DNA of 64,000 nucleotides. Origin: Marsupella aquatica. Taxonomy: Eukaryota > Plantae > Marchantiophyta. Positions 24,566 through 36,864 of the stretch are shown piece after piece. The DNA is taken from NCBI GenBank assembly GCA_973895155.1, contig OZ316894.1, positions 12,502,828-12,566,827 on the forward strand, given 5' to 3'. Position 1 is the first letter of the stretch; each line of letters starts with the position of its first letter. The notes under the pieces are model-generated. The model saw nothing but the letters and a program-made list of their open reading frames with translations. It was not told the DNA's origin and did not search any database. Made by a program: the position numbers and the translations under genes.

Positions 24566-27500
24566 CAATCATCGACTATCTCTTCTACCCTACAAAGAGA
24601 TATTAGGGATTTGGTGGAGAGTTGGGAACCACAGCTTGGCCCTAAGTTGACAGGGGAGGAGAGACGTTGCTTGCATCGATTCCTGAAGAGTTACTTGAAT
24701 TGTTTTGCATTTAGCATGAAGAATTTGGGGATATTAAAGGGTCCTGGTATTCAGATTGAATTGGCTAGTGTTGCGCCAATCTTTCGTAGGCCATACCGTT
24801 ACAGTGACATGGAGAGAGCTCTGATTCAAAGTAGAACTCAAGATTTTTTGGAGGCTGGATTGGTGGATATTTCATATGGGGAGTATGCATCTGCCACAGT
24901 GATGCCAGCCAAGAAGGATGTGCATGGCAATTACACAGATAGTTGCATGTGTGGTGATTACAGACCCATTAATCGCCAGACAAAATCTGATAGATATGCC
25001 ATGCCCACACCTGAGGAGATCTTTGATGCTATGGGGCATGCAAAGGTTTTCAGTTCATTGGATCTGAGGGCAGGATACCATCAGCTTCCAATTAGGCATG
25101 CTGACAGGTCCAAGACAACATTCTGGGGGATTGATTCTTATGGCAAAGATCGTTTGTATCAGTGGTTATTCTTACCATTTGGGTTGAAGAATGCACCAGC
25201 TGAGTTCCAGAGAATCATGGATTGAATCCTTGCAGGTTTGGATTTTGTCAGATGTTATATTGATGATATTTTGGTCTATTCTTCTACTATGGAAGAACAT
25301 CAGCAGCACTTGCAGATTGTGTCACTTGGAGAGATTGAGAGCACATGGGTTGAAGCTCCATCCTAGCAAGTGTAAGTTCTTCCAAGACCAGATTGAGTAT
25401 TTGGGCCACACTATATACCCAGGGGGATTGGGTGTACAACGGACTAAAGTGGAGGCCATTACACAGATTCCTTGTCCTACTGATGTGAGTAGAGTTTGTG
25501 CATTCTTGGGATTGGCGAGCTACTACAGGAGGTATGTTAAAGGATTTAGCCAGCTTGCTAAACCTTTGACCATACTCACTAAGTTGGATCAGGAATGGAT
25601 TTGGGGTGATGACCAGGAGCATGCCTTTCAGGAGTTGAAGCAAAGGTTGGCATCATCCCTATTTTGAGAAGACCCATTTCTGGCAGACCATTTCAGCTAC
25701 ACACTAATTGGAGTGGAGTAGGACTTGGAGTAGTGCTGACTCAGAAAGATGATGAAGGGCATGAGTTTGTTGTGGCATATGCCAGTAGATCAAATAATTC
25801 AGCAGAGGCTAAGTATAGCTCTTATGAGGAAGAGTGTTTGGCAGCAGTGTGAGCTGTGGCACACTTCCGCTATTACTTGTTTGGTAATCCTTTCACTTTG
25901 ATCACTGATCATCAGCCTCTCAAGTGGTTAATGGAGTCTGACAAGCTTACGGGGAAGCTTGCAAGATGGGCATTGTTGTTACAGGAATATGATTTCCAGG
26001 TTGTACATAGACCTGGAAAGGTGAACTTGGATGTAGATGGGTTGAGCCGCAACCCATGTACCAGTCAGCAGGATGAGACTGGAGCCAGATGGCATGATGA
26101 GTCAGATAAGGAGATGATGCCAGGATGGCATGCATCTGCCTTTCTTTGTTGGGTGCCAGCATACAGTGGATTTGTGGACTCTACCTCATTGGATGGAGTG
26201 GATGATGAGTCTTCAGATGTGGATGTTGGTGAGATAACTTATGGACAGCAAGATATTCACAATGATGTGAGAGTGTTGGAATATTTGCGCAGTGGTTCTA
26301 TTGTTGGCAGTGTTGATGCCAAGGAGCGTCACAGGGTTCTGCAAAGAGCCAAGAGATTTCGATGGGAAGGAAACCATCTTCTGAGAGTATTGCATGATGG
26401 TAGGGTGTTGGTGGTACCAAAACCATCACAACGAGTACATTTGGTGCGACATGCGCACGAGGAGTTGGGTCACTTTGGTGTGAAGCGCACTTATAGCTTG
26501 CTGCAGACCCAGTATTGGTGGCGTGGTATGCACACTCATGTCCAGCAGTTGATAGCTAAGTGTGTGGTATGTGATAGAGTGAGAGCATCATTTAATGCTC
26601 CCACTCCCCAGTTGCACCCGTTGCCGATCATGGGTTTGGGATATTGTTGGAATTTGGATTTTGCTGGTCCATTACCTCTTACCCAACGTCATAATTGATA
26701 TGTTTTGGTCATGGTGGAGCACTTCTCCAAGTGGATTGAGCTAGTGGCGTTGCCCGATAAAGCTAGCGGAGGAGTTGCTGCTACATTTTTGGATCATGTA
26801 CTCAGTCATTTTGGAGCACCAGCTGAGGTGTTGACTGATCAGGGAACTGAGTTCCGTGGAGAGTTTGAGAGTTTGTATGAACAAGCTCTGATTGATCATC
26901 GTACTACCTCTCGTGATCATCTTGAGCAGATGGATTAGCTGAGAGAGTTGTGCAAACTGTGAAGAGAGGATTGCGTAAGGGCTTGCAGGTTGGTCATCTG
27001 GGAGATTGGGATCTCCAGCTACCTTGGTTAGCTATGGGCTACCGTTTCAGTCGGCCCTAAACCCTAAACCCTAAACATCACTTGCATCCTTCTCACCTTA
27101 CTTTTTGCTCTATGGTAGAGAGCCAGATTTGCCAGCAGCTATTCGTCGTGATGCTGCACTAGTTGTGAACTTGGATGATCCTGATGTTTGGGTCAAGGTG
27201 TGTTCAGAGAGAGCACAGGTATTTCAGAGAGTGATGCCCATGGCTTTTGACAACCTTGTCATTGCCCAACATCGTGATACTTTGAGGTATGCCACTATTC
27301 GTGGAGGAGGTACCGTGCAAGCATTCGACGATTTCATCCTGGTGATTATGTTTATTTGCAGCAGACAGCACCCACAACACTTGATGTGACCGCAGGCCGG
27401 ACAATCTTACGTGTGCGTGAAGTATTGCCTTCTAGTGTCCTGATGTTGGAGGGAGGCGATGGTATGGTTTGGAAGGATCATGTGCGCAACTGTGCACCAT

Positions 27501-27702
27501 GTCACCTTCCATTGATGATATAGTAGATCCAAGCTTGGCACATGTTCGTGCTGGCTTGAAATGTATGTTGTGTGGATTTGCTCAGGGAACAGCTACTATG
27601 TTGATTTGTGATAAGTGTTCTAAAGGATGGCACATGTCATGTTTGACACCACCATTGCAAGTGATTACTAGTGGATCATGGTTGTGTCCTCAGTGTCGGT
27701 GA
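24566..27702 (+). pseudogene. pol: RT-RNaseH-integrase-PHD of DNMT element copy 1
   Basis: CGDYRPIN, LDLRAGYHQ, PFGLKNAP, YIDD, TDHQPL, HEELGH..C..C and DQGTEF. C-terminal PHD finger at 27562-27702. Multiple stops and frameshifts. Confidence 0.92.
27055..27075 (-). repeat. Interstitial telomeric repeat (CCCTAAA)3
   Basis: Three perfect plant telomere units, absent from the homologous site in copy 2 (TCGGCAAGCATCA, ~57284). Confidence 0.9.
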
Positions 27703-27865
27703 AGCCGACTAGTTATCATTTGTGTTCTCTTGGCAGAGGTAGGTGATCGATGGGGCTCACTTGCACCCGGCCTCCTGATCTTCACACCTGAAAAAGTGTA
27801 TATCAACCTTGTAGAATTCATGGCTAGCTAGAGTTAGGGGACCTTACTCCCAGCTAGGGGGGCGA

Positions 27866-28469
27866 TTGTGGATTTTGGGCATGTGTGGACATGAGTTCCA
27901 CTTGTATTCCATTCTCTTGTGTTTGTGATGTGGCAGTGTGACTATGTCTGGATGTATGTGATAAGCGATGTATGTTGTGTAGCGATGTGTATGCGCACGA
28001 CAGCTGTCACACCATTCTAGGTAGTGTTAGAGTGTATCGTACTATCTAGATCCGTATGTTTGGTATGTGTGCTATATGAGCCGATAAGGTTCCGTTAGGT
28101 TTGTGTGAGAGGGTACTTCTCTCTTGTGAGGCATTGAAAGGTCATCTTTCAATGTTGAGCCTTGGAGAGGGAGGAACTTGAGTGGCTATGGTGGCCGTGA
28201 GCTCCGCTTGTGTAACGTGGATTCCTTGAGTAATGCAAGGTGCGTTGGCTTGACATACGTGTGTGATCGGATCGGTGCGGGATCGATGGGGTATTGTTGA
28301 CCGGGATCGTTGTGCCGATTGTATTGAGATTATTGTGGGTTTTGGACATGTGTGGACATGAGTTCCACTTGTATTCCATTTTCTTGTGTTTGTGATGTGG
28401 CAGTGTGACTATGTCTGGATGTATGTGACAAGCGATGTATTTTGTGTAGCGATGTGTATGCGCACGACA
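27866..28469 (+). repeat. Right-end repeats B1-A2-B2 of copy 1
   Basis: PPT AGGGGGG at 27856-27862. Then B1 27866-28002, spacer GC, A2 28005-28332 and B2 28333-28469. Confidence 0.92.
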
Positions 28470-28473
28470 ATAG

Positions 28474-29010
28474 ACATCAACGGATATGCAATACGGTTTA
28501 TACCGGTGGATGGCGGCTCGGGAGTCAACATCATGACCGAGGAAACGGCCAATCGATTGGGATATACAGAGTTGGAGCCACCAGCACGTGCCATGAGGCT
28601 AGCGGATGGAGCATGGGTCGTGCCATTGGGGTGTCTCACCAAGATTCCAACAATGATTGGGGGAAAATCCTTTCCCCTCAACTATTTGGTGATGCGACCC
28701 GTTCGGCCATACGGTTTCCCCATCTTAATTGGTAGGCCATGGTTGTATGTGGCCAAGGTCACAAGTGATTGGGGCAAACGGCAATTTCGGTTTGGTACCC
28801 CCACTATTACCATTCCTTGGTCAGCAGAGTCACCTCAAGGGGAGACTACCTCTATGGAGGAGCAATATGATTCAGAGGTCACCTCAGATGAGGACGAGGA
28901 TGAAGTATACATGGTGAAGCTGATTTCTCATCTGACAGAGTAAGATGTCTTTGGCCCACAAGCTGCTACCCCCAAGGAGAGAATTCCGGAGGTACCACTT
29001 GACCAAAGTT
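28474..29010 (+). pseudogene. Aspartic protease remnant of outer element A (pol truncated, no 3' LTR visible)
   Basis: VDGGSGVNIM...ILIGRPWL, continuing the frame interrupted at 8047. Confidence 0.85.
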
Positions 29011-29138
29011 ACGACAAAGACAAGACAAGAAAAATAGTGAAAAAAAACAAAATTTTTAAAAGATGTAAATTATAAAAAAAAAATTAAAAATCATTCTCAT
29101 TTTGTTGTACTTTGGTGATGGTTGTCACCTCTCTTTGT

Positions 29139-29798
29139 TGTTAGGATTTATTCTTAGGTCTAGAGTTGTGATTGTACTGTAGTTAAGGCTAACTTTAGTA
29201 GCGGACTTGGTTAGGTTAATCATGCTGTGCACACTCTATAACCAAACAACGTTTGCTTGGAGAGTGGGAACTCATGCTCATTGTTACGGAACTAATTGAG
29301 AGATAGAGAGAGTTTGCGTTGTGAATGCTTGGTATGGCCAGTCGGCCTAGAGTACAGTAAAGCTCGTGTGTGTTCCCGTGGACGTAGCCTCATGTGGAGG
29401 TGAACCACGTATCTCTCTGTGTCGACTCTTGTGCGTTGAATGATTCATGGGCTTGTCGTTGCGATTGTTGTCTATGCTCGGGGGCCTCAATCCAAGGGGT
29501 GTCCCATATCACGCTCAAAGTTTTGGGGGAATAAACACCCTAAAAGTTAAGTCAATAAAGTTTCTTTTAGGAATCTTTTTACCCCTAACTTAATAGAATA
29601 TTCCAAGAATATTCCCATATTTGATTTAAAAAAACCCTATGATTCTTATAATTCTCAAAATTGGATTAAAATAACCCTAATGTTCTTCAACAAAAATTTA
29701 AAAGTATTTCACTAAACCCAGTAAAAAAACCCTATACTTATTCGCGCGTGATGGGTCGGAAGAAAAGAAGTGAGGACCCCGGGTGTCTATGCTCAACA
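29139..29798 (+). mobile_element. Copia-family solo LTR carrying a MITE
   Basis: TGTTAGG...CTCAACA termini and TSD TTTGT (29134-29138 / 29799-29803). The 3' half is similar to the copia LTR (GTTCCCGTGGACGTAGCCTCA, GGTGAACCACGTATCTC). Confidence 0.88.
29477..29783. mobile_element. ~300-bp non-autonomous TIR element (hAT-like 8-bp TSD)
   Basis: TIR CTCGGGGGCCTCA / TGAGGACCCCGGG (11 of 13 match). TGTCTATG is duplicated at 29469-29476 and 29784-29791. Confidence 0.7.
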
Positions 29799-30141
29799 TT
29801 TGTGTCATGACATTTTTCACTCGACAAATTTTTTTTATGCAATGAGATCTTTGTCACAAAGATATATTTTGTACCATGATATTTTTCAACTACATCTTTT
29901 TCACAACGTCATCTATTACGCATTGACGTCTTTTGCTGAACCATATCTTTTAGTAAACTGCATCTTTCGCGCAACAACATCTTTTGAGCAACCAAATATT
30001 TTACTTAACGATATTTATTTAAAATATTGTAAATGCAACGGCATATTAGATCCCCAACAATATTTTTTGTGTAACGGAGACTTGACAACATATATGACAA
30101 CAACTTTATACTTAACCACATTTTTTTCTCTTTACGACATC

Positions 30142-33100
30142 TGTGAGATAAGGATGTTTATAAAAGAAGGGTTAACTAACCATAAATTTTAGAATTTTTA
30201 CGTTTAAGATCTTAAATAATGCTGAAGAGGGACCTGAAGACTACTTTGAAGTGTTATGAGACTTTAAAGCTGATCTGAGGTCAACCCGGATTGATATTAG
30301 AGAAGGAGGATCGACCCGGAACTTTTTGTTATAAGCCTGGAATGAGATATAAAGCTTATACCGAGACTCTACTCAACAACAGCTGTCCATTGCCAAAGTT
30401 TTTAAAACCATAAGTCAAACACAGGCACGACCACAGTCGAATCCGGATATAAGGAAGGAGAGTCGATCCGGCCTCTCACACCTCTCAAAGCCGAACTTAG
30501 TAGGTTTTGAGCTCCCGAGTGCATTAGGCTGTTTAAGCAGTAGAGTGAGAAGGCTCTAACCTTTTGGTAGAGGATCTTGGGTCCGGATTATAGGACCAAT
30601 CTTGCATTGCATGATGAGAGCCTAGATATGAGGGTACTGACTGATTCGTTGTGAGGGGAATGCCTACTCCACCGCTGGAAGTGAAGGCAGGAAGTTTGAG
30701 ATCCTGATCATGGATACATCGGTTGTGAGAAGGGCGGCCAGGTCGACCCGGACATCACCATTGCAGGCCCGATTGAGTCCAAATTTTCCCCACGTTAGAT
30801 GACCCTGCATTGTGGTTGACGAAATCTTGATGCAATTCTTCCAGAATGATTTTCAGTTGATCAGAAACGCTGCGGCCAGGTCGACCCGAACATTTCTACC
30901 AGTGGTCGGCATCGAAGAGATTGAATATTCTGAAGTTGCAACATTGTAGAGCTTGCCGTAGAGGAGGCAAAACAGTTACCAGAAATCAATTTTCTGCTTC
31001 CAGAAATCCTATGGAGCAAGGGGCGGATCCAGCCGGAATGTCCACTTCTCGCGTCTCTAAGGGGCATTCAACCTCAACATCACCTGCACCTACTCCGGTT
31101 AAAGCCCCTGTGAGACGATCGAAGAGAAAGGAGGTCCCTATTGCCATGAAAATTCTGAGGCTAGCTATTCCGGAGAGTGAAGCTGAGAAGGTCAAACTGA
31201 GGGAGTCTTTGCTCAGGATGGGCTGTGAGTCTCTGATGGAGCTACCTTGGAGTTATTAGAGCGAAGATATGATCAGAGAGATCCGATCTAAGGAGTATCC
31301 GGCTGAGTTTAAGGATACCTCCAGAGGCCGACCTGAGCGATGGACTCAGATGATGATTGCAGGAGCTTTTGTATTGGAAGATGAAGGAGAAGGTCCAGTG
31401 GGGAGAGCTGTCAACCTAATCCTTCCTTACTTCAAAGGAGCCATCAACATTAAGGATGGGTTCAATATTTCTAAGTGTTTGGATCGTGATCTGAGATGAG
31501 TCTTCAGCTTTCTGCTACCCCTGTTGTACCCTGAGAAGCCAAGAAGAGTTACTGTTGGAGTTGGCTCTACCATTGTTGCTGCTTACAAGGGAGAAAGAAA
31601 AGTCAACTGGGCTAAGCTTATCTTTGATTTGATAAGGAAGTTGGTACAGAACCTATCCAACAAGAGTCCTACTCCCCTCTCCTGCTACCTGGTACATCTA
31701 TATAGCTTTGAAGGAGTTTTGTTCAGAGAGGAGAAGAAATTACTATTGGCCAAGTACAACTTCATCAAGTATGGAGAGACAGATCCAGATATCACCCAGG
31801 CCACCTCTGATGACAGTGAGGATGAGGAGCCAGTAGAGACAAATCCTTGAAAGACCCGGTCTGCTGCCCGGAACCTCGACCCGGACTTTTCCGACCCGGC
31901 CTTCGTCGACCCGGCTGAATTTCCGGATGCACCCGGCCATGCCTCCCTAGACACCCTAGCTGATTTTCAGATCATCTCAGACACATTCCAGAAGGTGAAG
32001 AGGAAGACCACTGTGATGGAGAAGGCCATCACTGACATTTCTCAGAAGTTAGGAGTGAAACCAGGTCAGATTCTTGAGAAGATCTCCACCATGAGTGATA
32101 CCACAGATAAGAGGAAGTTAGAGAAAGAGAATGAGTTCCTCAAGAAGAAGGTATCTGAACTCAAACAGCAATTGGAAAGGAGTAAGAAAAAGAATGAGCT
32201 TGAGCATACCCTCCAACTCAGTATCACTCAATCTTTGGATCTGATTGAGCCTTTGACTAAGATAGCTTCTCTGGATCTTCTTAAGGCCCAAATTTATGAT
32301 GAGTATTTGGCCAAGAACACCACACCCATCCTTTTCTCCAAGATTAACCATTTAGTGGTAGATATGAGTACCAAGGTGGATGATGCACTTACAGGCCTCT
32401 CAAAGACCTGTGAAGCCTTAAGGGAGATGAGTGACTTGACTACAGAGGAGCTATTAGCTGATACTGAGATTCCTCCCTTTACTACCAGATCTTTCTCTCC
32501 TAGTCCTCATGAAGGAGTCTATTCCACTGGCCCCTCATCACCCCTAAACCCTCCTGGTTTCCCCACTCCCAGTACACACTTCCACTCCCATTCTTACACC
32601 TATTCTCATGACCCAAGTGCCCATCAGGAGAACATGGATATTGACCCGTCCATCCCTTTTACCACTGGCCAGCAGGGAGTTTTCCTTCGACCAGAACCCC
32701 TTGCCATGGCTAACCCTGAGGAGGTTCCTTCCCAAAAGCTAGGACCAGAATAGAGTTATATTTAGAGAGTTAGAGCCACATTAGTTTAGACTTAAAAATA
32801 GCTATATAGACTACTATATGAGTAAGTAGACTCCAGTATTTTGTTGATGTATCCATTAGAGACTCTACTCCATTTTTGACTAGGATAGTTCACTTTTATT
32901 TACATATTTCTTTAGACTTGGGTTTTGAAGAGGCATGTCTTTTCATAATCTCCACTTTTAGTACAAAAGGAGGAGAACCCAAAGTCAACCGAGAGAGAGA
33001 AAACATACATTTTGATTTCCTCATTGCCTTTAAAGGAATCTATGTCTTTCTTCCTTTCTTTTTACCATGGTTGAGTAAAAGAAAGAAGTTTAGCAACCCT

Positions 33101-33740
33101 TAAGTTGTTGTGGAATGTTCAATGAATGCTAGAGTGTGCCTTAATGATATTGAAAGATCAATGAGATTTGTGATCAATACATTTGGAAGATTCACCAAAG
33201 AGGAAATTGACATTTACACAAAACTCAAACAAGCAATCTTAAGGATTGTAGGAGAAGTAAACCAATTCGAGTATCCTAGTACCGTCTTAAGCAAGACCAG
33301 AAAAGTGTCCCGGGTTGATTTACATTGTTGTCTTCTAAATTCAAGAGATGGAGAAGAGTTGCTACGAGAAATCAAAAAGCATAGAAAATGTTGATTTCTG
33401 AATCTTAAATTAGGCCATAATCCTTATTGAAGGAGTGGTGATGGTCAGAAATTCAATTCCCTTGCACTTTGAAAACTCCTATCTACTCTCTCTCTAGTTT
33501 CAATCTTTGTTAATTCTAGTCTTTATTATTGCACTATGAATCCTAAGGATTACCCACTTGAGTTTGTGGTTAAACACTTATGTTAAGGAGATCATTAGAA
33601 ATCTCTCCAACCTAAGAATGTTGGTATAAACTTCTCAAATTGTGTTAATTCAGTCTTTTCGATCTTATCCACTCCTAACCGGAACGAAATCGAGTTGTTA
33701 AGGACTAAATAGTCATTTATCTCTTTATCACCTTACTACA
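30142..33740 (+). mobile_element. Probable giant solo LTR (~3.6 kb, family D) containing a gene
   Basis: TGT...ACA termini and a 5-bp TSD ACATC (30137-30141 / 33741-33745). No gag or pol inside. Dispersed TCGACCCGG-like motifs. Confidence 0.7.
31011..32753 (+). pseudogene. TE accessory protein (~580 codons) with three in-frame stops
   Basis: ORFs 30921-31259, 31269-31499, 31524-31850 and 31995-32753 are all in one frame. Motifs LYPEKPRRVT, KVNWAKL and YLVHLY are followed by an acidic tract and a coiled coil. Confidence 0.75.
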
Positions 33741-34960
33741 ACATCTTGGGCGTAGTGACATCTTTTCTCTTCACAACATCTTGGGCGTCATGACATATTT
33801 TTCCTTAACTACATCTTGGGTGTCACGACATCTTTTGTGCAATGCACGGGTATTGAGGTCATATCTATATATCACCCTGAAAGTAGTAAGCTGGAACTGC
33901 AATCAAGTTGAACAGACCCTCGGATTGACACATCATCAAGATGACTGAATTTAGTAATTTCATGTTCATTAATTAGTCAACCTTAGTACGAATGCTAGAG
34001 GCTCATAAATAGATTGTATGATCCCATTTTATGCCCCCATCAACGGCCTAGAGGTTTGTAGACTGTGCTTTATCATAGCTTTCGATAAATTGTCATTAGA
34101 TGGTACTAGCCCACTTGCAGTTCTGCCGGAGTAGGCTTTATATACTAGCTTTGGACATCTTGTACATAGATGGTTTTAGCTGATCTCATGTCCACCCCAG
34201 CCAGCCGGGTTTCGTGTCACTGCGTTTCATTCTAACCAAAGGGCCAATGCTTTTTATTAGAGTGTCTTTACTCAAGACAACATTATTATTAAATTTTAGC
34301 AAACTCACCAGACATTTTTGTCATCCTAGACAATGCCCATTCATCAAGATCATAAACTTAAGAAAGTGCAGTAAGTGAGGTGGCAACCTTTGAAAATATA
34401 CTGTTGTATTCAAAGACTTTTGCAAATCAAACATTGCATCTGTAAACACAAAGCCTCTCCTAGTTTCCGATTGTCTTAGTCCAGCTAATCTTAATTGCAA
34501 GTGGTCATTTATATCACGACTATGCTCGTCCATGAGTACTACAAAGCAGAAGTTATAATACAAGGTTGGGCCAAAGAATGCAGTGGTACTCATTGAAAAT
34601 TTTAATTTGATGTGCTGTTTTTGAGTGAAAATAATATAAACCTGAAAAAGTGGAAGAAATAAGCCAAAAGTAAATTATGTTTGGTGTGCATTATGTAAAA
34701 GAACTTCATCACAATATTTTCTTTTAATTTACACCATCACATTTATCCATACATTCTATCTAGAATAAATATCTACCCCAGTTTCTTATTTGACATTCTT
34801 TTTCCTGAACATATTTTTTTCTTTTCAACAATTGGTTTGACATTTGTTCCTCACCACCACATTTATTCTCACTGTACATCTTATTTTTTAATCTTGACAT
34901 CTTTTTAAATTTTTCTTTCATTTCACATTTTTTTCTCTTTGACATCTTTTGTGAACTTAA

Positions 34961-35332
34961 AGCCGGGATAGACACAAACGTTTGTAGGGACAACCGGATG
35001 GACGCAGCCTGTTGACACTGTAACACCAATCCCTAATGACACCAAAATGGATTACAGGTGTCTTATGACGGAAGCTAACCGAGATTTAGACATTACGTTA
35101 AGTACGTTTAACCTCCTCCTTTGCTCCTTCCTGGACAGACTACAGGAAGAAACAACCAAAAACCTCCTGCTCCCGATCAGACCGCTCCCGATCAGACAGC
35201 TCCTTACAGGTCACCATTGGAGCACAAGTGAAAAGTGTGTTATACAAGCACAATCTTAGGTTTGTTCTGTGTTCATCCAGGTTATGTTTGTTCATCGGGG
35301 CCTTTTCTCAAACCTTTGTGTCTATTCCGGCT
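34961..35332. mobile_element. MITE with ~25-bp TIRs at a TTAA site
   Basis: AGCCGGGATAGACACAAACGTTTG ... CAAACCTTTGTGTCTATTCCGGCT, with TTAA on both sides. Confidence 0.8.
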
Positions 35333-36770
35333 TTAAGCTCATTTTTTTTCATTTCACAATATTATTTCTTTTTATGTTTCTTTCATTTAATATCTTTTTT
35401 TTTCTTTGATATCTTTTGTTCATTTTTATAATTTTTTTCTTTTCATAATTTTTCTTCTTTTTATTTTGATGTCTTAGTTATTTTTCTTTCATTTAACATA
35501 TTTTATTCATTTTGCAATATTTTTTCTGTTTTTCACATGTTTTTCTCATTTCAACTTCTTTTTCTCAACAAAAGCTTGGATGGACTGGCACGTTTGCCCC
35601 GGTTATCCCCATGGACTGTGAGAAGGGACATACCATTTTACATCTAATCATGAGATAATTCAATTACAAACGGATGACAAATTCTCTCATTAATTGTTCA
35701 CCTACATTTATATCAGTCTAAGAACATTATGTGCTTACCTCAATGTCAAATTGAGAATGTAAATGGAATGGAGTGAAGATGCACATTTAAAATCTTCCGT
35801 AGCTTTGCAGCGGCAAAGTACTCAAGAGCAGCGCTGTATGAAAAATATGATTTTGGGTAGATTTGTTTCCAAAAATTTACTTGTAGTTTCTGTCTAAAAA
35901 ATTTCAGTAGGGCTCTCTGAAAAATTGAATTCATCAACAATACTCCCCCCAAACATTCTCAAGTAGCTCTATAGCAATAAATTAATGAAAACAATATTTA
36001 TAACAAGAACAATGATCTCTGAAAATAGTATTCCACAACAATGTTTATGAAAACTAGAATTTCCTTGACTCCATAATGAAAAAATTACTATAATCCGGGT
36101 AACAATTGGCTTTATAAAAAAACAACATTATGTAAAAACATTTTTGGAAGTCGTATAGTCATTCCGTAAAGTATCAATGCCATAGAATCTCAAGAAAATA
36201 GGTAGAACAATTATAATTTATTTATGAAAAATTGAGCTTATTTGGGCTTTAGATTTGACCCCCTAACCTCCTTGGTGTGAATTGTTTCTTTAGTTCTTGA
36301 GTTATTGTGCTACTTTCGTCCCCCTTTTTGCAGGGCTTATAAACATAAAAATATATTTTGGAGTAAACTAGATTCATTTGGTTTTTATCATTGAGCGAAT
36401 TTACTTGAGGCGGTATGAGTAAAATGTGAAACATTCAATCTACTCAAAATGTCATCTCTCATGAAGGTTAGATAAGGTATTTCTACCTAAATGTGCTTGA
36501 CATTTTATCTTTTTTTATTAAACTCTAAAAAATTGGTTAGAATAACTCTCTGGAGGGGAAAGAGTTGGAAGAATGAACCTCATCCTTCAATTAAAGTGCT
36601 TTGGCCTTTGTCAATGTATATTTAAGACAAAAATGGTGACAAAATTTGGTGACAAAGGAAAATATTGGGACAGAAGTGATGATTTGGTTACTTACAATGT
36701 GTTTTTGGGACAGAAATGTAAAAAACAATATGCAAGCATATTTGTATGTTTTAGTCAAGTCCATGCAAGT

Positions 36771-36864
36771 TTGGTTTATCCATGAGGGCTTCATGGACAA
36801 CATTGGTTTTATCCATGAGGGCTTCATGGATGTCCATTGGTTTATCCATGAGGGCTTCATGGAC
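36771..36864. repeat. Three ~33-bp tandem units with an internal palindrome
   Basis: TTTATCCATGAGGGCTTCATGGA x3 (TCCATGA-N5-TCATGGA). Confidence 0.85.

Larger units (their letters stand above)
8048..28469 (+). mobile_element. DNMT-encoding Ty3/gypsy element, copy 1 (with two nested insertions)
   Basis: TGTC...GACA termini and a 4-bp TSD ATAG (8044-8047 / 28470-28473). Removing it restores PELTIDINGYAIRFIPVDGGSGVN of element A. It is colinear with 49138-58692. Confidence 0.93.

Noticed and set aside
28003-28004. Idea that the 2-bp junction spacer is captured from donor flanks (GC and AT match the start of the other copy's TSD)
   Set aside because: GC>AT within CAG/CTG is more simply explained by CHG-methylation deamination on both strands, and n is only 2.
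36771-36864. Palindromic repeats as a mini-CRISPR
   Set aside because: Only three units, with short near-identical linkers and no cas genes.
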